A DNA stretch of 64,000 bases, from the NCBI GenBank assembly GCA_965203905.1, contig CBDBDQ010000005.1, positions 480,001 through 544,000 of the forward strand. Direction: 5' to 3'. A program made the position numbers and the translations under genes. The stretch's first letter is position 1. Every line of letters starts with the position of its first letter. The notes under the pieces were generated by a model. That model was given only the letters and a program-made list of their open reading frames with translations, made no database searches and was not told the origin of the DNA. Source of the stretch: Spirochaetia bacterium. GTDB lineage: Bacteria; Spirochaetota; Spirochaetia; SZUA-6; Bin103. Positions 1 through 10,326 of the stretch are shown piece by piece.

Positions 1-1935
1 CAGTTCGCCGCGGTCACGGTAGCGGCCATCCGGCAGGGGCGGACACAGGCCTACTTCCACGGCGCTGTCGGTGGCGCCGAGGCTCTTCGGATAATTCTGC
101 CAGAAGTCGCGCACGGCGACGGTGAGTCCGCGCGCCGCATCGCTCAGATCGATGGCGCCCTGCGCCCGCCGGCCGCGCTGACGGACGGCCCCGCGCTCGG
201 TTACCGAGAACTCGTCGTCCTCGAACTGCGTCAGGGTGGGCTGCCCGTCGCTCCGGTAGGCAGCGTCGTCGGCACCGAACAGGGTGCAGGACGGGCCGCC
301 CAGGCGCAGCGGCGTACGCAGCGTGAGACTGCGCACGGCGAGGAAGTTGTCCGCCGTGTGGTCGTTCTCCCAGGTATGGAGAATGCGCAGGAAGTCCTTG
401 CCGGCGTATGCGTTGATGCGGGTGGTGCAGGTCGACGTGCGGCTGCCGTCCGCGGCCTGCAGCCGGCTCGTTACCTTCAGCGCGGTGCGCAACGGGCCGC
501 GTTCCTCCACCACCACGGAGCAGGGCGCACCCTGCGAGCTGAAGACGGTGCCGTCCGCGGTCACCAGCTCCACGCCGCCGGGAGCCGCGGGATCGGTGAT
601 CTCCTCGTCTGCCGAGAACACGCCGTCGCCGTCCGCCATCCACACTCTGCCGGGGAAGGAGGGCGCCTCGCGGTCCAGCAGCAGCTTCAGCGGTCCGGTG
701 CTCAGCTCCACCCGCGGGCCGTCTTCGGCAACCGCGACCGGCGTGTCCGGTCCGTCCTGCCGCCGCACCACGCCGTAGCCGAATTCAAGCCGATATTCGG
801 CGCTGCCGGCGGCGCCGACGTCGGCCTGGAAGTCGAGCAGCAGCCACTTCACGCTGCCGTCGGGCCATGCCGCGAGCACCGCGGTCTGCAGCGGGACCTC
901 CGCTCCCGCCGGACCCAGGAGCCGCGTGTTCTCGCCCGCCGTGAGCGCCCCTTGCGGGAACGGGATGCCCGACGTCACCGGCCAGCCGTGGCGCTCCACC
1001 GGGGCCTCGCTGGCCACCTCCAGCGGCACGTGGCCGCGCTCCACCGTCCCCCGCGTCCGGCGCCGCGGAGCGGTCGAGAAGGTATGGTCACGCGACACCA
1101 CCTCGCTGCCGTCCGGCGCCGTCCCCAGCAGCCGGAAGTGGTAGGTCTGGTTTCCCTCCAGGCCGTCCAGGATGAGGCGGTGGTTGTTGTAGATCGCGGT
1201 GACCGGCGGCACGTACACCTGCGCGTAGGTCGCGGCGGAAGGCGGAAACGTCGCCTCCTCAGTCTCCACGCGGCTGCCATAGCCGGTGGTCGGCCCGTAC
1301 TCCAGCCGCGACCGCGTGGCCCAGTCGGTGATCCAGGTGATGCGCGCCTGGTGCCTGCCGGCGCGCTCGAACGGGTCCGCCCGCACCGAGCTGAAGCCGT
1401 ACCGGCGCGGCTCCTGGCGCGGCATCTCCTTGAGCAGCAGCAGGTTTTCAATGCGATAGGAGCCGCTGCCGTGGTCCGCGCTGTCCGGGCCGTCCGGCGT
1501 CATCAGCGTGATCAGCGCCGTGCCGTTGAACTCGCACGGCTGCGACAGCACGTACAGGTAGGAGCGGTTGTCGTGGGCGGCGGCGACGGCGACTCCCTTG
1601 CGCTCGTTGCCGACGAACAGCGACACCACCTGGTCGGGGACGCCCTGCTCGTCGTAGATGATGAACGCCGGGTAGTAGGTGCCGCGCGCCGGCCGGCTGA
1701 CGAAGAACGCCGCCCCCGGCCTGGTCCTGACCACCGACAGCACGCGGAAGTCGCTGACCAGGTCGAGCGCGAACCCCTCGTAGCCGTAGGAATCCAGGTA
1801 GAACGCCTCCGGCCCGATGGCGATGTTGTCGGGATCGGCAACGACCGCGCGCAGCAGGTCGAGGTCTTCGCGGAAGGCCTCGAACCCCTCGCTCGCGCGC
1901 TGCGTTGCCGGCGCTGCTGCCCTCACTGATGTCAT
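1..1935 (-). CDS. Large exo-rhamnogalacturonan lyase-like (PL26/YetA-like) protein with FN3-like domain; runs off the window edge
   Basis: Not in the ORF track. Read by hand from ATG 1935 (MTSVRAAAP...) and open to position 1. FN3-like 'ITWITDWATRSRLEYG..NHRLILDGL..YHFR'; PL26-like 'WPVTSGIPFPQGAL', 'WPDGSVKWLLLDF', 'VRDFWQNYPK'. Confidence 0.7.
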   Translation of the reverse strand, partial: MTSVRAAAPATQRASEGFEAFREDLDLLRAVVADPDNIAIGPEAFYLDSYGYEGFALDLVSDFRVLSVVRTRPGAAFFVSRPARGTYYPAFIIYDEQGVPDQVVSLFVGNERKGVAVAAAHDNRSYLYVLSQPCEFNGTALITLMTPDGPDSADHGSGSYRIENLLLLKEMPRQEPRRYGFSSVRADPFERAGRHQARITWITDWATRSRLEYGPTTGYGSRVETEEATFPPSAATYAQVYVPPVTAIYNNHRLILDGLEGNQTYHFRLLGTAPDGSEVVSRDHTFSTAPRRRTRGTVERGHVPLEVASEAPVERHGWPVTSGIPFPQGALTAGENTRLLGPAGAEVPLQTAVLAAWPDGSVKWLLLDFQADVGAAGSAEYRLEFGYGVVRRQDGPDTPVAVAEDGPRVELSTGPLKLLLDREAPSFPGRVWMADGDGVFSADEEITDPAAPGGVELVTADGTVFSSQGAPCSVVVEERGPLRTALKVTSRLQAADGSRTSTCTTRINAYAGKDFLRILHTWENDHTADNFLAVRSLTLRTPLRLGGPSCTLFGADDAAYRSDGQPTLTQFEDDEFSVTERGAVRQRGRRAQGAIDLSDAARGLTVAVRDFWQNYPKSLGATDSAVEVGLCPPLPDGRYRDRGEL

Positions 1936-1989
1936 ATCGACAGGGAATGGCACATCTCCGCTCCTGCGCCATTCCCTTGACCGTCGACC

Positions 1990-3666
1990 CTAATAGACCA
2001 CGTTACCCTTGCGCAGCTCCGCGACGATCGGCATCTTGGCCATTTCGGCGTTCACTTCGCTGCCGCCGGCACTCAGCCACTTCTGCACGTAACCGTCCCA
2101 CTCGGCGTCGATGTCCATGTCGGTGGTGATCGCCCCCCAGATGAACTCGTCACGAATGGTGTCGAGCCCGCCCGCGTACTTGGCCCACACCGCGGAGTAG
2201 TCGGTCTCGCTGAACAGGTCTTCGCGATAGCTCGGGGTGGCGATTTCGCCTCCCTCGCCGCCGGTGCCGAAGTAGGCCTGCAGCGGCGCCTGCTCCGGCG
2301 ACACGTACAGCAGGTGCAGGTCGCGGTAGAAGTTCATGTACGGGTAGTAAAGAATCCCGGTGGTGCCGCCCCGTTCATACTCCTCCGTGTACCGTACCGG
2401 CGACGCGAACGGTTCCCCGGTCCAGTTGAAGTGTACCCCCGGCTGACCGAAATAACCGTAGATGCGTCCTTCCGTGTCCCAGTTGAGGTACTCCACGATC
2501 TCCAGGATCTTCGCCAGCTTGGTATCGTCGACCCGCTTCGAGACCATGAACATGATCTGGCGGGCGTCGATGGGCAGGGTGCCGCCCGACTTGGCGTAGC
2601 CGGTATGGGTGCCGTCGGGCCCCATCGGCACCTGGGTCATCACCACCTTGGCGGCGGCGTCCTGGCGGTAGATCGGCTGCGGCAGCCAGTTCTCCCCGCG
2701 CGGGTTGGCGCCGGAGGCGATGTAGACCGAGGCGCTGGTATAGGCGCCGGCCAGACCGCTGATCACCTTGTTGTCACGCTGCTCGCGCGACACCGTCGGC
2801 AGCTCCGAGTCCAGGATGCCGTCCTGGTACCAGCGCTGGCCCACCTTCAACGCCTCCCTGAGGTTGGGGTGGACCGCCATCTTCACTGCATTGCCGCCGT
2901 CGTCGTAGTTGTCCACGCCGTTGAGACCGAACAGCGTCAGCAGCATGTGCAGGCCGCGCGATCCGACGTCGCTGTCCATGGCGTAGGGGATGGTGTCGTC
3001 CATGCCGTTGCCGTCCAGGTCCTCGCTGCGGAACGCGTACAGGATCTTCTCGAACTCCGCGAAGGTGTACGCTGTCTTGCTCCAGTAGGTCTTCCCCTCG
3101 GAGGCGCCGGCACCGGCGTGGATCAGGTCCGCCGGGGCCATGTCGATCTTTTCCAGCCAGTCCAGGCGGAACACGGGATGGTAGGAGACGCCGCCGGCGT
3201 AGTCGTAGCTCCGCACCAGCCCCATGTACTCGTCCTCCGTGCCCGGCACCAGCCCGTACATCCACGCGGCCGGTCCCATGGAGTCGAGCCAGGCCGCCAT
3301 CGACGGCACGTGCTGCTCGATCATCTCCTTGGGAATGGAGCGGAACACCCCCTGCATGTAGTAGTCGCGCGGCGTGACGTACATGTAGCCGGCATCGGGC
3401 TCTTCACCGGATGCGAACAGCAGCTTGTACTTCTCCCGGTCGCGCCGCCAGAGCTGCTTGTTGACGATATCGACGTTGAACTTCTCCTCAACGTGCGCCT
3501 GCAACCAGTTGCCGTCCTGGATCTCCCCTCCGAACGGGCCGAACCAGGAAATCTCCATCGGCTCCTCCACCGCCGCGCCTTCCATGTCCGCGCCGGCCGT
3601 GGCCTGCAGAGTCACGAACACGAGCAACGTTGTGCTCAGAGCGAGAATTCGGGCTGTTATCATCAC
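1990..3666 (-). CDS. Carbohydrate ABC transporter extracellular solute-binding protein (LplA-like)
   Basis: Signal peptide, 'LLFASGEEPD', 'FRLDWLEK', DxDGNG loop, C-terminal 'WDGYVQKWLSAGG'. Confidence 0.9.
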   Translation of the reverse strand: MMITARILALSTTLLVFVTLQATAGADMEGAAVEEPMEISWFGPFGGEIQDGNWLQAHVEEKFNVDIVNKQLWRRDREKYKLLFASGEEPDAGYMYVTPRDYYMQGVFRSIPKEMIEQHVPSMAAWLDSMGPAAWMYGLVPGTEDEYMGLVRSYDYAGGVSYHPVFRLDWLEKIDMAPADLIHAGAGASEGKTYWSKTAYTFAEFEKILYAFRSEDLDGNGMDDTIPYAMDSDVGSRGLHMLLTLFGLNGVDNYDDGGNAVKMAVHPNLREALKVGQRWYQDGILDSELPTVSREQRDNKVISGLAGAYTSASVYIASGANPRGENWLPQPIYRQDAAAKVVMTQVPMGPDGTHTGYAKSGGTLPIDARQIMFMVSKRVDDTKLAKILEIVEYLNWDTEGRIYGYFGQPGVHFNWTGEPFASPVRYTEEYERGGTTGILYYPYMNFYRDLHLLYVSPEQAPLQAYFGTGGEGGEIATPSYREDLFSETDYSAVWAKYAGGLDTIRDEFIWGAITTDMDIDAEWDGYVQKWLSAGGSEVNAEMAKMPIVAELRKGNVVY

Positions 3667-3993
3667 TTACCCCCTGTCTCCGCGTTGTGCAGAGTAGCCG
3701 ACAGGATGAACCCGCCCGCCACCGGTGTCAAGGAAGCATCCCGGACGCCCGAACCCGCCGAACCGCGGCGACCGGGGACCATCGCTCCCCTCGGGCCCTC
3801 ACGTCGGGGGATACTCTCCATCCCGTACGCAGGCGCTCGTGCTGGGCTGGTCAGAACTGGTAGATGTGCGGCTAGGTTGGACGGGGGAAACACTCCTAAT
3901 CCCACGCTGCGCGACAAGCCGGCTACCGATCGTTGCTCCCGCTGCCCTCGGACCGACACCCGACCGCCCAACTCGCATCCTGGCGCGCGCCGA

Positions 3994-5475
3994 TCACGTG
4001 GCCCCGTCTGGCGGCGATCGGTACTCCCGATGCCGGAAACGGTGGTGAGCAGCACAATGGAGCCTCAAGTTCCCCGGCTCGGCGCTGCCGCCAATCGCGT
4101 AGGGAATGATGTGGTCGAGCTCCAGCAGAAAGCGGGACCCGCAACGCCGCCCGCTGTGCGGATCGACGTAACTGCAGCAGCCGCCGTCGCGGCGCCACAC
4201 CTCGCGCCGCACGGCTGCCGGAATGTACCGGGATCGGCGCGCTTGGTGGGGTGACTGCGCGCGGCCTCCGGAGGGGCCGGCAGCCGCCGGCCGCGGCCAC
4301 GACCGGCCATCGAGCTGCGCCGCTCCTGCCCGCTTCGCTGGCGAAGGAGCGTTGCGACCGCGATCCACCGCTGCCAGCACGGTCGGCATGCTCTGGTCCG
4401 CCGGCGGCGCCGGCCGTGGCGTCGGTACGGTGGCTTGGGACCCACGGTCTGCCACCGACTTCTCCGCCGAAGTAGCGGTGCCGGGCGCCGCCGCCGCTGG
4501 CTTGGCACGCACCGGGGTGCTGCCGGCGCAAGTCTCGCGCCCCGCCGGCGGCGCCACTCCGGGTTGCTCTTGTGCACCCCGCTTCGCCAGCGAAGCCGCC
4601 GCGCCCGCCGGCCCTTGCTGCGCCTTCGGCTCCGATGCCTGGGCCGCGCTTGCCTCCCCGCTCCCACCTCTGCGCCCGCGCGGCGGCCGCCCCGGGTCGT
4701 AATGCTGCAGGCCGTCCTGCACCAGCCGCTCCACGAGCTGCCCCAGCGTCAGGTGCGGGTCCACGTGCGACAGTAGTGCCCGTAGCTGTTCGATCCCGCG
4801 CTGACAGTCGGCGTCGATCACCACCTTCAGCTCCCAGCGGCCCTCGCCCAGCGCCCGCAGGCGATCGGCCGGCCGCGCCAGTTCGGGAGCCACCCCGGCC
4901 AACAACTGCTTCACCTCGCGCGTGCTCTTGCCGCTCGCCTGCGCCACCAGCTCCTGCCGCTGCGCCGCGTCCAGCGCCGGCACCGGTCGCGCCGGCACCG
5001 GTAGCGCTGGCGCCGCTGCCCCGGCTCCCGAAGCCCCAGCCACCGGCGTCGTCCCCGTGCCGCGCGGCAGCAGCTCCGGTGCCGCGGGTGCCGGGCCCGG
5101 GTCCGCCGCGGCGGCCATGGCAGTGCGCTCCAGGAGATCGAAGGTGTTCTGCACCTGCGCCGCGGCACTCAGGGTGAGCGAGCCGTCCTGCAGCCGCTCG
5201 CGTGTCCCGGCGGTATCGGAGCACAGGCGCATGGCCTTGATACGGCGCCACGCGGCGCCTTCGCTGTAGCCCAGCTCGCGCACCGCGTAGTCGAACAGGC
5301 TGGAGAACCCGAGGCGCAGGTGCAGGTGGCGCGCCTGGATCTCGCGCAGGTGGTCGAGGACGGCGAGCTGCAGCGCCTGCTCGTGCAGGACGAGGGACCT
5401 GGTATGCGCCAACAGCACCTGGTCGGGGAGCCCGGAGAGCGAGGAGATGAAGCTGGTGGCGGTCGCGGTAGCCAT
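3994..5475 (-). CDS. DUF222-like N-terminal domain, low-complexity linker and C-terminal HNH endonuclease
   Basis: N-term 'LGFSSLFDYAVRELGYSEGAAWRRI'; C-term 'RRDGGCC..RC..LELDHIIPYAIGGSAEPGNLRLHCAAHH'. Confidence 0.85.
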   Translation of the reverse strand: MATATATSFISSLSGLPDQVLLAHTRSLVLHEQALQLAVLDHLREIQARHLHLRLGFSSLFDYAVRELGYSEGAAWRRIKAMRLCSDTAGTRERLQDGSLTLSAAAQVQNTFDLLERTAMAAAADPGPAPAAPELLPRGTGTTPVAGASGAGAAAPALPVPARPVPALDAAQRQELVAQASGKSTREVKQLLAGVAPELARPADRLRALGEGRWELKVVIDADCQRGIEQLRALLSHVDPHLTLGQLVERLVQDGLQHYDPGRPPRGRRGGSGEASAAQASEPKAQQGPAGAAASLAKRGAQEQPGVAPPAGRETCAGSTPVRAKPAAAAPGTATSAEKSVADRGSQATVPTPRPAPPADQSMPTVLAAVDRGRNAPSPAKRAGAAQLDGRSWPRPAAAGPSGGRAQSPHQARRSRYIPAAVRREVWRRDGGCCSYVDPHSGRRCGSRFLLELDHIIPYAIGGSAEPGNLRLHCAAHHRFRHREYRSPPDGAT

Positions 5476-6057
5476 GGCGTAAATATAAACATGGCTGAGA
5501 AATGTCTGGTTGCGGCGAGTCCTGGACCGGCACCGGGAAGGGCTCAGGCCGGCGCTGGCGGGGTGCTGGCGGGCCTGGAGGGCGCGGCGGGATGTTCGAA
5601 GGGTCGAAGGGGCCCGAACGTGCGGCAGGGGGACACTACGAGCAGCGCCAAACCCGTCAAGTGCTCAGCGCACTTTTTTGGCACCTTTCGCAGAATCCTG
5701 CACCACGGCACCGGCGTGGCAGCAACGCACATCGGCGGAGAACCGGCGCGTTGCGGGTGGGCGGCAACCCGTTCATTCCTGGACACCTCGTACAGGGAAC
5801 GAACCCCCGATCTGAACGCGGCGACCTGGCAGGCGCCGGGGCCATCACCGCCGCTCGGCCACTACTGCCAGAACATCCCTTCCCCACACGGAATTCAGAC
5901 GTCGTTGAGCATGGGACGGCCCGGTCGCGGACGCCCGGAATCTCGCGTCATCCGGGGCGCATCAGAACGCGAGGCGTTGCACTCCCTTCACCGCGTCGAA
6001 GTGCGAGTCGTTACCCAGGTCCACGGTGAATGAATGGAGCCGGCCACCGGACCGCGC

Positions 6058-7638
6058 TCATGCGAGCGACGCGGTGGTTGTCGCGCCGGCGATGAGGCGG
6101 AGATCCTTCCAGCGGTCGCTCCCGGCAGGGCGCCAGGGGCAGCTGACCGCGGCACCGGAGCCGTTGTAGAAGTGCACGGCGCTGTCGGACACGAGTGAGA
6201 GGAGGCCGGCGGGCCGGTCGCGGAGCTCGATCCGGGGAGTGACGGCGCCCATCCGGTCGCAGGTGCCGAGCAGCAACGGGCCGTAGCAGCCGGTTGCGGC
6301 GCCGATGCCCCAGTTGCGGCCGTGGCCGGCGGCGACGGAGCACACCGCGCCGCCCATGTCGGCGTGCTCGCGGCCGCCGCGCAGCACGCGGCGCGCCATT
6401 GCCAGCTTGCGCGCGGCGGTGTCGAGGGCGCGTGCTGCGTAGCCGGCGTCGCCGGTGACCTGGTAGGCCAGCGTCAGCGCGGCGGTGCTCGGTTCGCGCG
6501 TCGGCGTGGTGGAGCCGTCGTCGTGCCACTCGGCCCAGTGGATCATGTCATTGCGCCTGCCGACGCCCGGCACGTGGCGCGCATGTTCCTGCGGGAAGAC
6601 CATCGCCAGCGGGCGCGGCGACGGCGGCGCGAAGCATCTGAACTGTGCCCTGATGGCATCGTCGAGCGAGCGGTCGGCACAGGTGTGACGGTAGTGGCAG
6701 ATGGCGGCGGCGGCCGGGTCCGCGCAGGGGTCGGCCAGCTCGGCCACCAGGGGCGCCGCCAGGCTGCGGGCGGCGGTACGGAACCGGTCGTCGCCGGTAG
6801 CCGCGTAGAGGTCGCCCAGGGCATGGACGGCGCCGGAGGCCAGCAGGTTCTCCAGGCCGGCCAACGGATCGCCGGGTACGTGATGGCCGGCGCCCGCCGC
6901 GGCGGCGATCGGCTGGCCCGCCACCTGCTCCTCGAACCGCGGCTCGCCGCGCTGGGTCCACAGCAGCGGGAAGCGTTTTTCCACGGCGGTAATGCGGCGC
7001 GCCCATACGGTGCCGTAGCGCTCGGCCCACTCCAGGTAGCGCGACTCGCCCGACACCCGATAGGCGGCGAGCGCGAGATGCACGAACCGGAAGTGCTCGG
7101 CCAGCTCGAAAGCCAGGTGCGGATCGCCTCCCACCACCCGCGATCCGATGGCGAAGGAACGGAAGCAGCCGCGTTCGTAGTCGAACCAGTCCGGCACCTC
7201 GGCGCACCAGTTGCCGACGTGCTCGGCGGCGTCCAGCAGCAGCCGCCGCGCGGTCCGGTCGTCCGGGAACAGGGCGAGGTAGCGCGGCAGGAACAGGATG
7301 AACGGCTCGGTGCCGTGGTGCGCCTCCGCCTCCGGCTCGTAGCCGTGGTGGCACTGCTCGGCGACCCATCCGGCAAGGGCGGCGAGCAAGGTGCGAAACC
7401 AGTCAGCAATTGCCGGACCGCCCGTGACCAGGTAGTGCGGGAACCAGGCCAGGGCGTAGTTGGCCTCATCCTCTCCGCCGCCGTTGGGACCGGGGCCGTC
7501 GCAGCGCGCGCTCTGCTCCAGCCATCGCGACAGCTCGGAGCGCAGCGCCGCGTAGGCGGCGTAGCAGGCGTGCAGGGTCTGCTCGGCGCGGGGCGCGGCC
7601 GGGGCGGCCGCCAGTGCCCGTTTCGAGACGTCAGCCAC
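6058..7638 (-). CDS. Hypothetical protein, probable (alpha/alpha)6 barrel
   Basis: 526 aa with repeated 'AY.VSG..RYLEWA', 'LY.ATGDDRFR', 'AYQVTGD.GY' helical-hairpin motifs; overlaps the stop of the upstream HAD gene. Confidence 0.65.
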   Translation of the reverse strand: MADVSKRALAAAPAAPRAEQTLHACYAAYAALRSELSRWLEQSARCDGPGPNGGGEDEANYALAWFPHYLVTGGPAIADWFRTLLAALAGWVAEQCHHGYEPEAEAHHGTEPFILFLPRYLALFPDDRTARRLLLDAAEHVGNWCAEVPDWFDYERGCFRSFAIGSRVVGGDPHLAFELAEHFRFVHLALAAYRVSGESRYLEWAERYGTVWARRITAVEKRFPLLWTQRGEPRFEEQVAGQPIAAAAGAGHHVPGDPLAGLENLLASGAVHALGDLYAATGDDRFRTAARSLAAPLVAELADPCADPAAAAICHYRHTCADRSLDDAIRAQFRCFAPPSPRPLAMVFPQEHARHVPGVGRRNDMIHWAEWHDDGSTTPTREPSTAALTLAYQVTGDAGYAARALDTAARKLAMARRVLRGGREHADMGGAVCSVAAGHGRNWGIGAATGCYGPLLLGTCDRMGAVTPRIELRDRPAGLLSLVSDSAVHFYNGSGAAVSCPWRPAGSDRWKDLRLIAGATTTASLA

Positions 7639-8344
7639 CGAGCTGGTGGGCCAGATCGCGGAAGTCGGCGGCTACGATGTCGGACGAGGCGGCCGGGATC
7701 GGCTCCGCGGAGGCGCCCGGACCGCGTTCCAGCGGACGCGGCACGAATGCGGTCTGCAGGCCGAGGCCGCGCGCGGCATCCAGGTCGCCGGCATGGGCGG
7801 CCACCATCATCACCTGCCGTGGTTCCAGCCCGAGCAGCTGCACGGCGGTCAGGTAGGTATCGGGATCCGGCTTGTAGGCACGCGCCAGCTCGGCCCCCAG
7901 GACACAGTCCCAGGGCAGGCCCGCGTAGCGCGCCAGGTTGGTCATCATCGCCACGTTGCCGTTGGACAGCGCCGCGATGATGTAGCGCGCCTTGAGCCGG
8001 GTCAGGCCCGGGACCGCGTCGGGCCACGCATCCAGCCGGTGCCACGCCAGATTCAGCTCCGCCTTGGCGGCATCGTCCACGTCCTCGAGCCCGAACTCCT
8101 CCAGCAGCTCCTCCAGGGCCAGCCGATGCAGTCCGTCCAGGTTGGTCCACGGCAGCTCCCCTCCGCGCACCTTGTCCATGAACGGCCCGTACTTGGCGCG
8201 CCAGGCGTCGGCGAATGCCTCCCAGTCCGCGGCGATGCCTTGCGCCCGGCCGAACGCCGCCGCCTCCCGGATCACCGAGCCGCGCCAGTCCACCACCGTC
8301 CCGAACACGTCGAACAGCAGGGCCTTGATCCCGGCGCCGCTCAT
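7631..8344 (-). CDS. Haloacid dehalogenase type II
   Basis: 'LLFDVFGTVVDW', 'LSNGN', 'YKPDP', 'MVAAH..DL'. Confidence 0.93.
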   Translation of the reverse strand: MSGAGIKALLFDVFGTVVDWRGSVIREAAAFGRAQGIAADWEAFADAWRAKYGPFMDKVRGGELPWTNLDGLHRLALEELLEEFGLEDVDDAAKAELNLAWHRLDAWPDAVPGLTRLKARYIIAALSNGNVAMMTNLARYAGLPWDCVLGAELARAYKPDPDTYLTAVQLLGLEPRQVMMVAAHAGDLDAARGLGLQTAFVPRPLERGPGASAEPIPAASSDIVAADFRDLAHQLGG

Positions 8345-8532
8345 GGGTCAGCCCCGATCACCTTGGGGCGTGAGCGTTGCTGTTGCTGAACTGCCAACCA
8401 GTCACGAATCGCTTCCTTGATGTTTTCGAGTGCCTCCTCGACCGTGGCTCCCTGGGAGTGACACCCCTTCAGCTCCGGGCAGCTCACCGCGTACCCCTCG
8501 TCGGACTCGATCAGGACGACTCGGTACCTCAT
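8341..8532 (-). CDS. hicB: HicB-family antitoxin (63 aa), no hicA nearby
   Basis: MRYRVVLIESDEGYAVSCPELKGCHSQGATVEEALENIKEAI; 4-nt overlaps with both neighbours. Confidence 0.85.
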   Translation of the reverse strand: MRYRVVLIESDEGYAVSCPELKGCHSQGATVEEALENIKEAIRDWLAVQQQQRSRPKVIGADP

Positions 8533-10172
8533 GGGCGGCGCTCCAGCACCAGCAGCCAGTCGCGGAATACCGGCACCGGCGGCACCTGCCAGCGGCCGGC
8601 GGCGTCTCCGGAAACGGCGCCCAACGGAGTCACCTCTGCCGTCTCCGGGTGCACCAACTCGGCATCGTAGGCGAGCCCGGCTTCCAGGCCGCACACCGTG
8701 ACCGGGTCGCTCAGCTCGCACGGCAGGTAAAGGATGCGCAGCCGGCCGGGGATGCCGGCCGCGTAGGCCAGGTGGCGGTTGCCGGCGTGCTGGTGCGGCT
8801 CCACCCACTCCGGGTGCGGCTCGCAGCGCCACCAGGGAAAGCGCTCCAGCACGCCCTTGCCTACGCCGACCTGTGCGGCACCCGGCAGTGCGGCGGCCTC
8901 GTCCCAGGGCCGGCCGCCCCAACTGGTGCCGTGGGGCGAGGTTCCGTAGGGCCGGTCGGAGCGGTCCACCTACCAGATGCCGTTGGCGCCGTAGCTGTAG
9001 CCGGCGGCGCCGCTCAGCATGGTGGACCAGAATTGGAACCGCTGCACGTCGTCGCGGTTGGCGCCGCGGATGCCCTCGTAGTTGCCCTCGCTGTCGATCA
9101 CCGGCAGCGGCGGTTCCCGGGTGCGGGCCTGCTCCACCATGGCCACCGCCTGCTCGGTGGAGGGGTAGCCGTTGTGCCCGGTCTGCAGCCAGTGCAGGTC
9201 CAGCACCGCGGGATCGTCCACCTGCTCGGTGCCGACCCGGGTGGGATGGATCGTGAGCGGCCGCCGGTGGCCGTCGGTGCTGCGGATGAAGCGCGCCAAC
9301 TCCGACCAGGTGGCGCGGCGGGAGGCCGGCAGCCAGCGCTCGCCGCGGCGCATCACCTCCTTCATCTGCTCGAACTCGGGACTGCGGTAGAACGGCATCA
9401 GCGCCTCGCCGCACACGCACCACACCACCGGGTACGCACCCCAGCGCGCGATGAGGTTGCGCCAGTGCGCCTGCAGCTTCGCCACGCCGGCCACCTCCAG
9501 GTAGTAGCCCCAGAAACCGACCACGCACGGCACGATGCCGTTCGCCACCAGGTGGGCGATGCGGCGGTCGGCGGCGTCGAAGTAGGCGGGCTCGATGGTG
9601 GAGAAATCAGGCCGCCAGGGGAAGCCGCCGTCGCCGGCTCCCCGCTCATCGAACGGTTCCATGTCCGGGTACAGGCCGGCAACGAGCTGCACCACGTTGA
9701 ACCCCTTGGCCACGCGGTCCGCCGTCAACGCGTGGAACTCGTCGGGCCAGCGCAGGCGCCGGCACAGCCCCATCCACCAGGTGTCGGCGAGCCAGAGGAA
9801 CGGCGTGCCGTCCGCGTGCTCCAGGTGGCGGTTGCCCGTGGCGACCCGCACGGGACCGTGGCGCAGCAGCGGAGTGGTTGCGCCCGCCGCCTCCGTCACG
9901 TGCAGCTCGCCGGCACAGCCGTGGAGGCCGCCGTCGCCGGCATCGGAACAGCGGCTGCTCACCAGGTGCCGGCCGGCCTGGGCCGGCGCGTAGCGCACCC
10001 GCCACTCCCTGCCCCCACCCCAGAAGGCCGGAATCACCTGCTTCCCGCCGCCCGGATCGGTGACCAGCAGGTCGACCGTCACCTGGCTGAACGGGTCGTC
10101 CCGCTCCACCTCGGACACCAGACGCCACTCCGCAACGTGGTGCACCGTACCGTTGCGTGCCCCGAGATCCAT
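8529..10172 (-). pseudogene. DUF5060/DUF4038 apiosidase-like glycoside hydrolase with one in-frame TAG at 8970-8972
   Basis: 'FWGGGREWRVRYAP', 'DGTPFLWLADTWW', 'KGFNVVQ', 'YGANGIW*VDR..PYGTSPHG'; the same frame continues to 8529. Confidence 0.8.
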
Positions 10173-10326
10173 GCGCCGAGTATAGCCGCACGTTCCGGGC
10201 AAGTGGTACTGTGAGCCATTCCTCAAGGCAAAACAAACACCAGGGCCGCCGCCCCGAAGCGGCGCGCCACCGCGGAATCCGCGTCCTGATTTCCGCGCCG
10301 AACCCACCGGCCGGCAGGCGATACCC

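Noticed and set aside
8970-8972. Pyrrolysine or genetic-code reassignment of TAG
   Set aside because: TAG is an ordinary stop for many genes here (e.g. 11472, 32749-type ends such as 52749, 55110) and no pyl genes are present in the window.
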